A stretch of DNA of 64,000 nucleotides, taken from the NCBI GenBank assembly GCA_965207885.1, contig OZ242311.1, forward strand, positions 480,001-544,000. The letters are read 5' to 3'. This document shows positions 1-10,503 of this stretch, piece after piece. The notes beneath the pieces were generated by a model. The model was not told where the DNA came from and did not search any database. It worked only from the letters and a program-made list of their open reading frames with translations. Origin of the DNA: Candidatus Latescibacterota bacterium (GTDB taxonomy: Bacteria; Latescibacterota; UBA2968). A program made the translations under genes and the position numbers. Position 1 is the stretch's first letter, and each line of letters begins with the position of its first letter.

Positions 1-621
1 ATCCGCGTTGTATTGGCAGATAGAGAATTCATTGGAAGAGAATGGTTTGCGTGGTTAGACACACAAAACATCCCTTTTGTCATCCGCATCAAGGAAAATG
101 CCCTTGTCTCAAGGGCAGATAGAGAGATACCCATAAAAAAACTCTTTGAAAATTTGCACATCCATCAGCAGGTCAGCCTACAAAGACCTCGCCGCGTTTA
201 TGACCTACCTGTGTATGTGTCTGCGCTAAGATTGAAGGATCAATACCTCATTCTTGCAAGCAACCAACAACGTCAAGTCGCATTGGAGGTGTATAAAAAA
301 CGTTGGGGCATTGAAGTCCTTTTTGCAAATTTGAAAAGTCGAGGATTTAATCTGGAAGAGACCCACCTTATACATCAAGATCGCATTGAAAAACTCATCG
401 CGCTTTTGGCTATTGCCTGCACCTGGGCCCATATCATCGGCGAATGGATCGCCCTTACAAAACCTTTGAAGGTCAAAAACCACGGACGGATGGAAAAAAG
501 TCTCTTCCGATATGGGTTGGACTATTTGCAGTATGTCCTGCTCAATATACACCAACAAGCCCAGCAGTTCCTCAAATGCATTCGTTTACTGATTAATCCG
601 CCAGATTTTAACCCGATTTAG
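1..621 (+). CDS. IS4-family DDE transposase, 5'-partial
   Basis: Motifs ADREFIG and YKKRWGIEVLFANLKSRGFNLE (Y-2-R-3-E-6-K signature); C-terminal SLFRYGLD. Confidence 0.85.
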   Translation: MRVVLADREFIGREWFAWLDTQNIPFVIRIKENALVSRADREIPIKKLFENLHIHQQVSLQRPRRVYDLPVYVSALRLKDQYLILASNQQRQVALEVYKKRWGIEVLFANLKSRGFNLEETHLIHQDRIEKLIALLAIACTWAHIIGEWIALTKPLKVKNHGRMEKSLFRYGLDYLQYVLLNIHQQAQQFLKCIRLLINPPDFNPI

Positions 622-639
622 GTTTTGTCGTGTACTATG
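1..639 (+). mobile_element. IS4-family insertion sequence, right part (left end outside window)
   Basis: The transposase ORF is followed by a TIR-like end TTTTGTCGTGTACTATG (623-639). Permease sequence resumes immediately after it. Confidence 0.75.
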
Positions 640-849
640 ATTTTTTATATAAACCCGATAGATGCGGTCGGCATTTTCGTGAAAGGTGTCATAGGTCCAT
701 TCATTGTGGACGAAGAGGTAGGTGAGGATGCAGAAGGTGAGGCCGATGGCAATGCCGATGATGTTGATGGCGGAGTAAATGCGGTGCCTGGCGAGGTTGC
801 GGATCGCCGTTTTCAGGTAGCTACTGAGTAAAGATATTTCACCGAACAT
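640..849 (-). pseudogene. 5' part of a MacB/FtsX ABC permease interrupted by IS4
   Basis: MFGEISLLSSYLKTAIRNLARHRIYSAINIIG...RIYRVYIK is nearly identical to the N-termini of 5712-8063 and 10504-12828. Homology stops at the IS end. Confidence 0.85.
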
Positions 850-878
850 TGGTTTCTCCTTTGCAGGACAGGAATTGA

Positions 879-3254
879 TCACTCATATCGCAGGGCGTCC
901 ACGGGATTGGTGCGGGCAACTCTCCACGCCTGATAACTCACCGTGGTCAAGGCGATGAACAATGCCAGAAAACCACTCAATACAAACGCCCATATTTCCA
1001 GGTCAATGCGATAGGCGAAGTCCTGTAGCCACCTGTGCATCGCGTAATAGGCGATTGGCCAGGCAATGAGATTGGCAATGCCGACGAGCAGAGCGAACTC
1101 TTTTGACAACATGAGCACGAGGTTGGAAACGGATGCGCCCAGGACTTTGCGGATGCCGATTTCTTTGATGCGTTGTTGTGCTGTGAAGGAGGCGAGTCCG
1201 AACAGTCCGAGGCTGGCGACGAATATGGCGAGGATGGAGAAGAGGCCAAAGAGTGTGCCTATTTGTTTTTCTGTGCGATAGAGTTTGTCGTAGTCGTCGT
1301 CGAGAAAGAAATAGTCGAATGGCCTGTCCGATACGACCTCGCGCCACTGGGTTTTTAGAAAGTTCAGTGTGGCAGCAATATCGTCTGAGCGGATCCGGAT
1401 GGAAAGATACTCTATCCAACTTCCTCCCATCATGAGCACAAGCGGTTCAATTTCATGGTGCAGGGACTGATAATGAAAGTCCTTCACAACGCCCACCACA
1501 TCTCCCTGAATCTCCACATTCAATATATTCCCTTCTGGATAGACCCGTTCAAGTCTTCTATTGGCGAGGGAAGTCCATCCAAATTTTCGCACGGCAGCTT
1601 CATTGAGGATAAATGCGCCATTTCGATCGCTTCTAATATCCTCTGAAAAGGCGCGGCCCTCTAAAATTCCAATACCAAATGCCTGAATAAACTCGTGATC
1701 TACATACATCACGTTGATCAGTAAAGCATCTTTGTGTGCGGGATCAAGGGAAGGGCGAAAGAGATGGGCAGCAATCTCTCGGCCTGGTACGGTAGAAGAC
1801 GCCGATACATTTAATACCGCTGCCTGCGCTGACACTGCGGATTTATATCGCTTCACCAATTGTCTATCAATCGGTATGACAATCACCTGTTCTTTATTGA
1901 AGCCCAGTTTCTTGTGTTTGATGTAATCCGATTGATGGTAAACGACAACTGTCCCAATGATGAGAACAATTGAGATGACAAACTGAAATACGACGAGTGT
2001 TTTGCGAGAACTGGAGGTTTTCAATCCTCGCCTCAGGGTGCTTTTTAATACTTCCACTGGCTGAAAAGCTGAGAGGAATAAGGCGGGGTAAATCCCAGAG
2101 AGTAGCCCTGCAAATAACGCAACACTGAGCAGGGCTAACAATACATGCCAATTGCCTGTGTAATCCAATACCAATTCGCGCTGGGTAAAGGCGTTGAATG
2201 CAGGGAGTGAGAGTTCAACGAGAACAACGGCAAACATTAGGGCTAATAACGCCAGTAATATGGATTCGCCCATAAACTGACGGATTAGCTGTGATCGGTT
2301 TGCGCCAACGACTTTTCGCATGCCGACCTCTTTTGGCCGGGTCGCTGAGCGAGCTGTAGAGAGGTTCATAAAGTTGATACAGGCGAGCACGAGGACGAAA
2401 AGAGCAATGATCAGGAAGAGATAGACGTACCGAATATCGCCGTTGGAGCTTATTTCAAATTCCAGGTGGGAATGCAAATGAATATCGGTTAATGGCTGTA
2501 GAAAAGGCTTGAATTGGATCCCTGAAGCCTTGAGTTGTTCCCCCATATGTCTTTCGATAAAATTGGGTAACTCTGTTTCTAACTCGTCCGCAGCCTGGGT
2601 GTCTTGTAAGAGCAGATAGGTATAATAGCTGTGATCGACCCAATCGCTACGCCTCATGGATGAGACCAGAAAATGAAACTGTAAATGGGTATTGTGGGCG
2701 TGGTTTTCTAAAACCCCGGTGATCTTAAACGCTTTTCCATCTACCGAAAGGGTCTGTCCCATCGGATCCTGCTCGCCGAAATATTTCCGAGCCATTTCTT
2801 CTGTCAGGACAATGGAATGGGGTTCTTGGAGTGCTGTTCTGGGGTCACCCTGAATGAGTGGAAAATCGAAGACCTGAAAGATACTTGTCTCGGTGAACAA
2901 GACGCCTCTTTCGTAGAACTGATTTTGCTGGTTTGCGATAGGCGTTTTTTCATCATTTTTGTAAAACCGGACGGCATCTACAACAGTGGGATAATCTTGA
3001 ACGAGAGCCGGTCCCATCGGGAATGATGTAATTGCAATTCGACGCGTTTGTCCTGCTATATGTGCTTCTTCAGCGAGCCGATAAATTCGGTGTGCGTGTT
3101 CGTGGTGCTGGTCATAGCTCAGTTCATCTTGCACATAGAGCAGGATGAGGATGCAACAGGCCATGCCGATGGCGAGGCCGAGGATGTTGATGGCAGAGAA
3201 TGTTTTGTTTCTGGCGATGTTGCGGATGGCAACGGTCAGATAATTTTTGATCAT
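879..3254 (-). CDS. ABC transporter permease, duplicated MacB_PCD/FtsX type (paralog class A)
   Basis: 791 aa; MIKNYLTVAIRN...INILGLAIG start, two KEVG/KEIGIRKVLGA motifs, NPVDALRYE end. Confidence 0.92.
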   Translation of the reverse strand: MIKNYLTVAIRNIARNKTFSAINILGLAIGMACCILILLYVQDELSYDQHHEHAHRIYRLAEEAHIAGQTRRIAITSFPMGPALVQDYPTVVDAVRFYKNDEKTPIANQQNQFYERGVLFTETSIFQVFDFPLIQGDPRTALQEPHSIVLTEEMARKYFGEQDPMGQTLSVDGKAFKITGVLENHAHNTHLQFHFLVSSMRRSDWVDHSYYTYLLLQDTQAADELETELPNFIERHMGEQLKASGIQFKPFLQPLTDIHLHSHLEFEISSNGDIRYVYLFLIIALFVLVLACINFMNLSTARSATRPKEVGMRKVVGANRSQLIRQFMGESILLALLALMFAVVLVELSLPAFNAFTQRELVLDYTGNWHVLLALLSVALFAGLLSGIYPALFLSAFQPVEVLKSTLRRGLKTSSSRKTLVVFQFVISIVLIIGTVVVYHQSDYIKHKKLGFNKEQVIVIPIDRQLVKRYKSAVSAQAAVLNVSASSTVPGREIAAHLFRPSLDPAHKDALLINVMYVDHEFIQAFGIGILEGRAFSEDIRSDRNGAFILNEAAVRKFGWTSLANRRLERVYPEGNILNVEIQGDVVGVVKDFHYQSLHHEIEPLVLMMGGSWIEYLSIRIRSDDIAATLNFLKTQWREVVSDRPFDYFFLDDDYDKLYRTEKQIGTLFGLFSILAIFVASLGLFGLASFTAQQRIKEIGIRKVLGASVSNLVLMLSKEFALLVGIANLIAWPIAYYAMHRWLQDFAYRIDLEIWAFVLSGFLALFIALTTVSYQAWRVARTNPVDALRYE

Positions 3255-3272
3255 GATTTTAAATCCTCATTT

Positions 3273-5687
3273 TCACTCATCTCGCAACTCTTTCACGGGG
3301 TCTGTTCGCACAATGCGTGTGGTGTGATATGAAATTGCCACAAGTGCCAGGGCGATACAGCCAATCGCTGGTCCTGCAAAGTGCATTGGCTCCAGTGGTG
3401 TTTGAAAAGGGAAGCGTTGCAAATACGCACGCATCGCAAAAAAGGACATGGAGGTTCCAATGATACACCCAATGACAGCAAGACGGACTATGGGCAAGGA
3501 TAGCAAGACAAAGAGGGCGTGTGCGGAAGCACCCAGAACTTTGCGAACGCCAACTTCTTTTGTGCGGCGAGACAGCATGTGCATGGCAAGCCCGATCAAT
3601 CCCACACAGGCGACTATAATCGCCATGAGCGAAGCCGTATAGCCGATGGATTGATACATTTTTCGAGGATCTCGAATGGAATTTACAAGGTCATCCTGCA
3701 AAAGGCCGAACTGGGGTGTAATACCTGGCGCGACCTCGAGCCAGAGTTGCTTTAATATGGCTTCGGTTTCCGTTGCTATGTCCGGGTGGAGGCGCACCAG
3801 AATAGCCCGAATCGCGGTTTCGGGGTCTTTGTGAATGACCAGCGGACCCATAGGGGGCAATATATTTTGAAAATAAAAGTCAGGGATGACACCTGCAACC
3901 TGGGGGTGCTCAACTTGTCCCACTTGAAATGGAAATGTTTGACCAGGTGCGTGTGTCCATCCAAATTGCTTTGCGAAGTGTTCGTTGACCAAAACTTCGT
4001 TGATCGGTCCGTTTGGATCCAGATTTTTTCCTGAGACCAGATCTATGCCGAGTGTTTTTAGAAAGTCGCCACGCACTTTGTAATGCCATATTATCGTTTC
4101 TGAATGGGTCAGCTTTTGCATGCCTGCCGACCACAATACTGGGATGTTATTCACAGCGGCCATTCCGACAACTCCTGGGAGTTGTTCTGCTTTTTGGCGA
4201 AATCGCTCGTAATAGACTTCTGCTTCGTCCCCTGGAACTTTGGGCTGTATGACCATTAAGTGGCGCATGTCGAATCCCCTATCCATAGACGTGAAGTAAT
4301 TGATTTGATGCACCATAATTGTGGAGGATGCCACCAAAAATACAGCTACTGCAAATTGAACAATCAGCAGAAATCGGCTCAGGCGTGCTCTCTGTCCCGG
4401 AAATGTCTCACTTTTGAGGGCATTTACGGGCTGAAGCCGGGACAATAGCCACGATGGGTAGAAGCCCGCCAGAATTGCCAATAGGACGGGCAATACAAGG
4501 ATGAACAGGAATCCTGTGATATTCCCCTGAAGCTGAGGCTTATAGTGAGGAAAGAAGGGAAAGAGAGATGCAAAATGGGGAAGCAATAATTCGTTTGCGC
4601 TTAGTGCCAGTCCCATTGCGAGAAAACAAAGAATCAAGGATTCGAGGATGGTCTGCCCAATAATATGGCGGCGTGTGGCGCCGAGGGTTTTGCGTATGCC
4701 GACTTCCGTGCCGCGCGTCATGAGTCGGCCAATGGTTACGATGCCAAAATTGACGGATCCTACAATGAGTACGAGAAGCCCCACCAGAGATAGCAAGACC
4801 AGAAAATGTTGCGGCAGGTACCTGACTTGAAGTCCGGACATCTCGAATTTGGGCAATGCAGACAGGGGTTGAAGATGGACGTGAAAGGGAGACGCTTCCT
4901 TTGTCCATTGTCCTTCGGCGCGATAGTTGTCACTCTGTTTGGCAAAATAAGCGTCTGAAAAGTAGGGCAATCGGTTCTTTATGTGATCGGGGGTAATATT
5001 TTTTTTGAGGTGCAAAAAGAGCATGGCTTCAAATTCACCTCGCGGATCAGACGCTGCGCTCGGAATCAGGTGCTGATATGGGATGAGCATATCGAACTGC
5101 AAGCTCGAATGGTGCGAAAGCGTTTCGACGATACCGCTGATGGTAAAATGTTCGCGCACGTTGTTCCTCACCAGGGTCAACGAGGTCCCTACTATGTCGG
5201 CGATTGCTCTGTCACGCGATAGTTTTTCTGCGAGTGTTCGAGAGATGAGTATGTTTTGTGGATGTGACAGGGTCTCTGGATTTCCGTAAAGCACGGGGAA
5301 TGAAAAGAGCGACAAAAACGAGGGATCGACATACGCTGCCTGATCTCTTCGGAAATGTTCGTCTCCGTAGAGATATGTAAGATAGCTTAACCGGTATCGA
5401 CAAACTGTTGCCAATTCGTGCAGTTCATCCGCGAGCAGCGGCCCGGCATGGGCGCGAAAAGATGCGTGTTGCCGCTCCCTTTCGGTCTGAGCCATTTCAC
5501 TGGTGCGGTAGATCCAGTAGATTCGATCTGCGTTGTCGTGGAATTCATCTCGCGCGCGATAGCGGTCTTCGACAATGACAAATACCATCAACGCACACGT
5601 AATGCCCACTGTCAGGCTCAACACACTCATCACACTGGCAATCCGGTCGCGTTTGAGTCGCCGCCAGGCGATTTTGAGGTTTTTCAT
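3273..5687 (-). CDS. ABC transporter permease, duplicated MacB/FtsX type (divergent paralog)
   Basis: 804 aa; EVGIRKTLGA and KEVGVRKVLGA motifs; DPVKELRDE end; GGAGG RBS. Confidence 0.9.
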   Translation of the reverse strand: MKNLKIAWRRLKRDRIASVMSVLSLTVGITCALMVFVIVEDRYRARDEFHDNADRIYWIYRTSEMAQTERERQHASFRAHAGPLLADELHELATVCRYRLSYLTYLYGDEHFRRDQAAYVDPSFLSLFSFPVLYGNPETLSHPQNILISRTLAEKLSRDRAIADIVGTSLTLVRNNVREHFTISGIVETLSHHSSLQFDMLIPYQHLIPSAASDPRGEFEAMLFLHLKKNITPDHIKNRLPYFSDAYFAKQSDNYRAEGQWTKEASPFHVHLQPLSALPKFEMSGLQVRYLPQHFLVLLSLVGLLVLIVGSVNFGIVTIGRLMTRGTEVGIRKTLGATRRHIIGQTILESLILCFLAMGLALSANELLLPHFASLFPFFPHYKPQLQGNITGFLFILVLPVLLAILAGFYPSWLLSRLQPVNALKSETFPGQRARLSRFLLIVQFAVAVFLVASSTIMVHQINYFTSMDRGFDMRHLMVIQPKVPGDEAEVYYERFRQKAEQLPGVVGMAAVNNIPVLWSAGMQKLTHSETIIWHYKVRGDFLKTLGIDLVSGKNLDPNGPINEVLVNEHFAKQFGWTHAPGQTFPFQVGQVEHPQVAGVIPDFYFQNILPPMGPLVIHKDPETAIRAILVRLHPDIATETEAILKQLWLEVAPGITPQFGLLQDDLVNSIRDPRKMYQSIGYTASLMAIIVACVGLIGLAMHMLSRRTKEVGVRKVLGASAHALFVLLSLPIVRLAVIGCIIGTSMSFFAMRAYLQRFPFQTPLEPMHFAGPAIGCIALALVAISYHTTRIVRTDPVKELRDE

Positions 5688-5711
5688 TTTGTACCTCCAG
5701 TAGCCCCAGTC

Positions 5712-8063
5712 TCACTCATCTCTCAACGAATCAGCCGGGTTTGCGCGGGCTGCTTTGAGGGTTTGGGCGGTGACGGTTGTGAGTACGACGAGGAACATGG
5801 CTACGCTGCCGAGTAAGAATGTGCCAATACCCAATTCGGTGCGATAGGCGAAGGTTTGTAACCATTGATTGGTCGCGTAATAGGCGATTGGAAAGGCGAT
5901 GAGGCTTGATAGGGCGATGTAGAGGACAAATTCCCGCGAGAACAGGGATAAGATTTGCGTCTGAGATGCGCCCAGGACTTTGCGAATGCCAATTTCTTTG
6001 GTGCGTCTTGTTGTGGCGAGAGCCGCCAGTCCGAATGCGCCGAGTGCAGCGATGAAGATGGCGAATCCGGTGGCGTATTGGATCATGAGATTCCAGCGTT
6101 CTTCTTTTTTGTATTGTTTGTCGAGGTCTTCATCGATGAATGAGAAGTTGAATGCGTGGTTGGGTGCGATTTTTTTCCACTGTTCTTTTATAAATGCGAT
6201 GGTGCCGGGCACATTTTCGGGATGGATGCGGACCAATAAGCGTCCGGTGTATGTGCTGAGTGGCAGAACAGCGGGTCTGATTTTATGATGCAGAGAGCGG
6301 AAGTGGAAATTTTGAACAACGCCGATGATGGTTCTTTCTTTTAAGCCGCCGTATGTGATTGTTTTGCCAACCGGGTCTTCTATGTCGAATTTTTCGACGA
6401 GTGCTTCGTTTACAATGACAGCTTCCTTTTGATCTGTTGGAAAGTCTCTGTTGTATTCTCGACCTGCAGCGAGTTTTATGTCGAGTGTTTTGAACAAGTC
6501 GTAGTCAATACTAATACCTTCAACGGGTTGTTCTGGACTTCCCTGATATGTTACATAGGTTGACATACTCATGTCGTTGTTTAGACGGTGGTTGATCCAG
6601 GTCGTGCTGATCACGGCATGGTGAGACAGCAGGGCATCTCGAAAAGCCGTTTCTGTGGTTTTGTTTTCTTTTTTTAGATCACTGGTCCAGATGGCGATAA
6701 CGTGTTCGGTTTGATATCCCAGTGGTTGGGTCCGCAAGTATGTGAGTTGTTTGCCCATCATCAGGGTGGTGATGATGAAGAATATGGATAGGGCGAACTG
6801 AAAAATGATTAATATGTTGCCGAACCGATTGCCCGTTTTGATTTGCAATCTGCTCGTTATGATCTGGGTCGGCTGCAATCGGGATAGGATAAGGGCAGGA
6901 TAACCTCCTGCTGTGATGCCGACGAGGCTGATTAGGAGGATGAGAAAGGCGAGTGTTGTAGGGTTGAGACCGTCGGTCAAGGATAGGGATTTCCCAGATA
7001 GGTTATTGAATGTTGGCAATGAGAGTTCTGCGACGGCAATGCCAGCGATGAGTGCGATGACGATAAGTAACAGAGATTCCCCGATAAATTGGTTTGCGAT
7101 TTGTGAGCGTTTTGCGCCAACGACTTTTCTCAAGCCGACTTCTCTCGCCCGCGTTGCTTGTCGTCCGAGGGTCAGGGTTGTGAAGTTGACGCAGGCGATA
7201 AATAATACGAGGATTGCGATGCCCGATAAGATGTATGAGTAAATTGGATTACTGCGGCGGCTTACATGCATGGTCTGATCGAAGTGCATCTGGGTGAGTG
7301 ATTGAAGTTTGATCAAGTTTTCGCTCTTTTCGTCCCACCAGTTTTTGGTCCATTGAGGAAATTGTTGTTCGAGACTATTGGGGTGTACATTTGGGGGGAG
7401 CATCATGAAAGTAAAGATGCTGTAGGAGTTCCATCTGTCTTCGGTCTTGCTTTGTTCAAAGGGTAGTAGTACGTCAAATTGAATTGTGGAGTTTTTGGGC
7501 GCGTTTTGCACAATGCCCGTGATGGTGTAATCCTGGATTTCATTTTTGTATTCAATGGGAAGCACTGCTCCGATCGGGTTGGTGTTGTTGAAATACTTCT
7601 GCGCGGTTTTTTCTGTTATGAGTGCGGAGTATTTGTCTTGAAGGGTATGGGATAGATCGCCTCGAAGGATTGGAAAAGAAAAGATGTCGAGGAAGTTGGG
7701 ATCAACAAATCCCAACTTTGCCCGAAAAGCGCGATTTTCTGTGCCAATTTTCCCCGTGCGAGATGTAAAACGAATCGTTTGCAGGTCGGGGAATGCTTCT
7801 CTCAGGGCGGGTCCGAGAGGGCCGGGTGTTACACCGTGAACGCGCTCGTTTCTCCCTTTTATATAAACCCGATAGATGCGATCGGCGTTTTCGTGAAAGG
7901 TGTCGTAGGTCCATTCGTTTTGAACGAAGAGAAAGGTGAGGATGCAAAAGGCGAGGCCGATGGCAATGCCGATGATGTTGATGGCAGAGTAGATGCGGTG
8001 CCTGGCGAGGTTGCGGATTGCTGTTTTCAGGTAGCTACTAAATAAAGATATTTCAGCGAACAT
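5712..8063 (-). CDS. ABC transporter permease, duplicated MacB/FtsX type (paralog class B)
   Basis: 783 aa; REVGLRKVVGA, KEIGIRKVLGA, NPADSLRDE. Confidence 0.92.
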   Translation of the reverse strand: MFAEISLFSSYLKTAIRNLARHRIYSAINIIGIAIGLAFCILTFLFVQNEWTYDTFHENADRIYRVYIKGRNERVHGVTPGPLGPALREAFPDLQTIRFTSRTGKIGTENRAFRAKLGFVDPNFLDIFSFPILRGDLSHTLQDKYSALITEKTAQKYFNNTNPIGAVLPIEYKNEIQDYTITGIVQNAPKNSTIQFDVLLPFEQSKTEDRWNSYSIFTFMMLPPNVHPNSLEQQFPQWTKNWWDEKSENLIKLQSLTQMHFDQTMHVSRRSNPIYSYILSGIAILVLFIACVNFTTLTLGRQATRAREVGLRKVVGAKRSQIANQFIGESLLLIVIALIAGIAVAELSLPTFNNLSGKSLSLTDGLNPTTLAFLILLISLVGITAGGYPALILSRLQPTQIITSRLQIKTGNRFGNILIIFQFALSIFFIITTLMMGKQLTYLRTQPLGYQTEHVIAIWTSDLKKENKTTETAFRDALLSHHAVISTTWINHRLNNDMSMSTYVTYQGSPEQPVEGISIDYDLFKTLDIKLAAGREYNRDFPTDQKEAVIVNEALVEKFDIEDPVGKTITYGGLKERTIIGVVQNFHFRSLHHKIRPAVLPLSTYTGRLLVRIHPENVPGTIAFIKEQWKKIAPNHAFNFSFIDEDLDKQYKKEERWNLMIQYATGFAIFIAALGAFGLAALATTRRTKEIGIRKVLGASQTQILSLFSREFVLYIALSSLIAFPIAYYATNQWLQTFAYRTELGIGTFLLGSVAMFLVVLTTVTAQTLKAARANPADSLRDE

Positions 8064-8092
8064 TAGTTACTCCTTTACGGGATGGGAATTGA

Positions 8093-10480
8093 TTACTCAT
8101 ATCTCAGGGCATCCACGGGATTGGTGCGAGCAACTTTCCACGCCTGATAACTCACTGTGGTCAAGGCAATGAACAACGCCAGAAAACCACTCAATACAAA
8201 TGCCCATATCTCCAGATCAATGCGATAGGCAAAATCCTGTAGCCACCTGTGCATCGCGTAATAGGCAATTGGCCAGGCGATGAGATTGGCAATGCCGACG
8301 AGCAGGGCGAACTCTTTCGACAACATGAGCACGAGATTAGAAACCGATGCGCCCAGGACTTTGCGGATGCCGATTTCTTTGATGCGTAGTTGTGCTGTGA
8401 AGGAGGCGAGTCCGAACAGTCCGAGGCTGGCGACGAATATGGCGAGGATGGAGAAGAGGCCAAAGAGTGTGCCTATTTGTTTTTCTGTGCGATAGAGTTT
8501 GTCGTAATCGTCGTCGAGAAAGAAATAGTCGAATGGCTTATTCGGTGCGATTTCCTTCCATTGTGCCTTTAGAAAACTGAGTGTGCCTGTAATATCATCG
8601 GAACGAATGCGAATAGAAAAATACTCAAACCAATCTCCCGTCATGATAATTAACGGTTCAATTTCATGATGCAGAGACTTGTAGTGAAAGTCCTTCACTA
8701 TCCCCACCACATCTCCTTGAGCCACCACTTTTAATTTATCCCCTTCTGGAAAAATCAGTTCAAGCTTTTGATTAGCGTGGGAAGTCCATCCCAATTTTCG
8801 CATGGCAGATTCATTGAGGATAAATGTTCCATATTTATCACTCGAAATATCTTTTGAAAAGTCTCTGCCCTCTATAAGATCAAGGCCGTAAGTCGAAATA
8901 AACCCGTGATCAACCTGGAGATGGTTTATCATTAAACCGTCAGAATACGTGCTACCAGAAGAAGGACGAAACAGATTAGAAGGGAGCTTCCGCCCCGGCA
9001 CAGACACAGACAGCGAGGTATTCAGCACATTTCCATAAGTTGACAAAATTGACCTGTATCTCTCTGTCAATTGTTTACCAGGATTAGGCATCACAATGAC
9101 ATGCTCTTTATTGAAGCCCAGTTTTTTGTTTTTGATATAATCCGATTGATGGTAAATGACAACCGTTCCGATAATGAGGACAATTGAGATGACAAACTGA
9201 AATACGACAAGCGTTTTGCGGGAACTGGAGGTTTTCAACCCCCGCTTCAGTGTGCTTTTTAAGACCACTACTGGCTGAAAAGCCGAGAGGAATAAGGCGG
9301 GATAAATCCCAGAGAGTAGCCCTGCAAATAACGCAACACTGAGCAGGGCTAATACGACCTGCCAATTGCCTGTGTAATCCAATACCAATTCGCGCTGAAT
9401 AAAGGCGTTGAACTCAGGTAGTGAGAGTTCAATGAGAACAACGGCCAAAAATAGTGCCACCAAAGCCAGCCATATCGATTCGCTTATGAACTGACGGATT
9501 AACTGTGTACGGTTGGCACCAACGACTTTTCGCATGCCAACCTCTTTTGACCGGGTCGCTGAGCGAGCGGTGGAGAGGTTCATAAAATTGACACAGGCGA
9601 GTATGAGGACGAAAAGAGCAATGCTCAGGAAGAGATAGACATACCGAATATCGCCGTTGGGACTCATTTCCCACTCCAGGTGGGAATGCAAATGAATATC
9701 AGTCAGGGGTTGTAGAAAGTAATCGATTTTAAAGCCTGTAGCCTTGTACTGTTCACCTGCATGTGTCTCAATAAAGTCGGGCAATTTCGCTTCTAATTCT
9801 CCAGCAGAATCTCTTTGCTGAAGCAACAAATAGGTATAAAACTCGTGATTAAACCAACCTGGTTCCTGGAGTATAGGAGATGCAAGGAAGTCGAATTGGA
9901 AATGAGTATTGTGAGCCGCGTCCTTCAAAACACCTGTCACCTTAAACCATGCTTTTTTATCGAGGGTCAGGGTCTGTCCTATCGGATTTTGTTTGCCAAA
10001 ATATTTTTGAGCCATTGCTTCTGTAATCACAATAGAAAAAGGTTCCAAAAATGCTGTCTCTGGATCTCCCTGGCTGAGTGGAAAATTGAAGACTTCAAAA
10101 ACATTCGCATCGGTGAACAAAACACCATCTTCAAAGAAGACATGACCGTTTTGGCCCTCAACAAGCGTCCTTGGATTGGTTCCCTGGAAAAACCGCACAG
10201 CCTTTATCACTTCGGGATAGTCTTTGACAAGTGCAGGTCCCATCGGAAATGGCGTGATCGCAAATTGACGCATGGCTCCGGCGACTTTCCCCTCTGCGGC
10301 GACCCGATAGATTCGGTGTGCGTGTTCGTGGTGCCGGTCATAGCTCAGTTCGTCTTGCACATAGAGCAGGATGAGGATGCAACAGGCCATGCCGATGGCG
10401 AGACCGAGGATGTTGATCGCAGAGAAGGTTTTGTTTCTGGCGATGTTGCGGACCGCAACTGTCAGATAATTTTTGATCAT
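8093..10480 (-). CDS. ABC transporter permease, duplicated MacB/FtsX type (paralog class A)
   Basis: 795 aa; termini and central TM block nearly identical to 879-3254. Confidence 0.92.
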   Translation of the reverse strand: MIKNYLTVAVRNIARNKTFSAINILGLAIGMACCILILLYVQDELSYDRHHEHAHRIYRVAAEGKVAGAMRQFAITPFPMGPALVKDYPEVIKAVRFFQGTNPRTLVEGQNGHVFFEDGVLFTDANVFEVFNFPLSQGDPETAFLEPFSIVITEAMAQKYFGKQNPIGQTLTLDKKAWFKVTGVLKDAAHNTHFQFDFLASPILQEPGWFNHEFYTYLLLQQRDSAGELEAKLPDFIETHAGEQYKATGFKIDYFLQPLTDIHLHSHLEWEMSPNGDIRYVYLFLSIALFVLILACVNFMNLSTARSATRSKEVGMRKVVGANRTQLIRQFISESIWLALVALFLAVVLIELSLPEFNAFIQRELVLDYTGNWQVVLALLSVALFAGLLSGIYPALFLSAFQPVVVLKSTLKRGLKTSSSRKTLVVFQFVISIVLIIGTVVIYHQSDYIKNKKLGFNKEHVIVMPNPGKQLTERYRSILSTYGNVLNTSLSVSVPGRKLPSNLFRPSSGSTYSDGLMINHLQVDHGFISTYGLDLIEGRDFSKDISSDKYGTFILNESAMRKLGWTSHANQKLELIFPEGDKLKVVAQGDVVGIVKDFHYKSLHHEIEPLIIMTGDWFEYFSIRIRSDDITGTLSFLKAQWKEIAPNKPFDYFFLDDDYDKLYRTEKQIGTLFGLFSILAIFVASLGLFGLASFTAQLRIKEIGIRKVLGASVSNLVLMLSKEFALLVGIANLIAWPIAYYAMHRWLQDFAYRIDLEIWAFVLSGFLALFIALTTVSYQAWKVARTNPVDALRYE

Positions 10481-10503
10481 GAGAAGCTCCCTATCGTTGT
10501 TCT

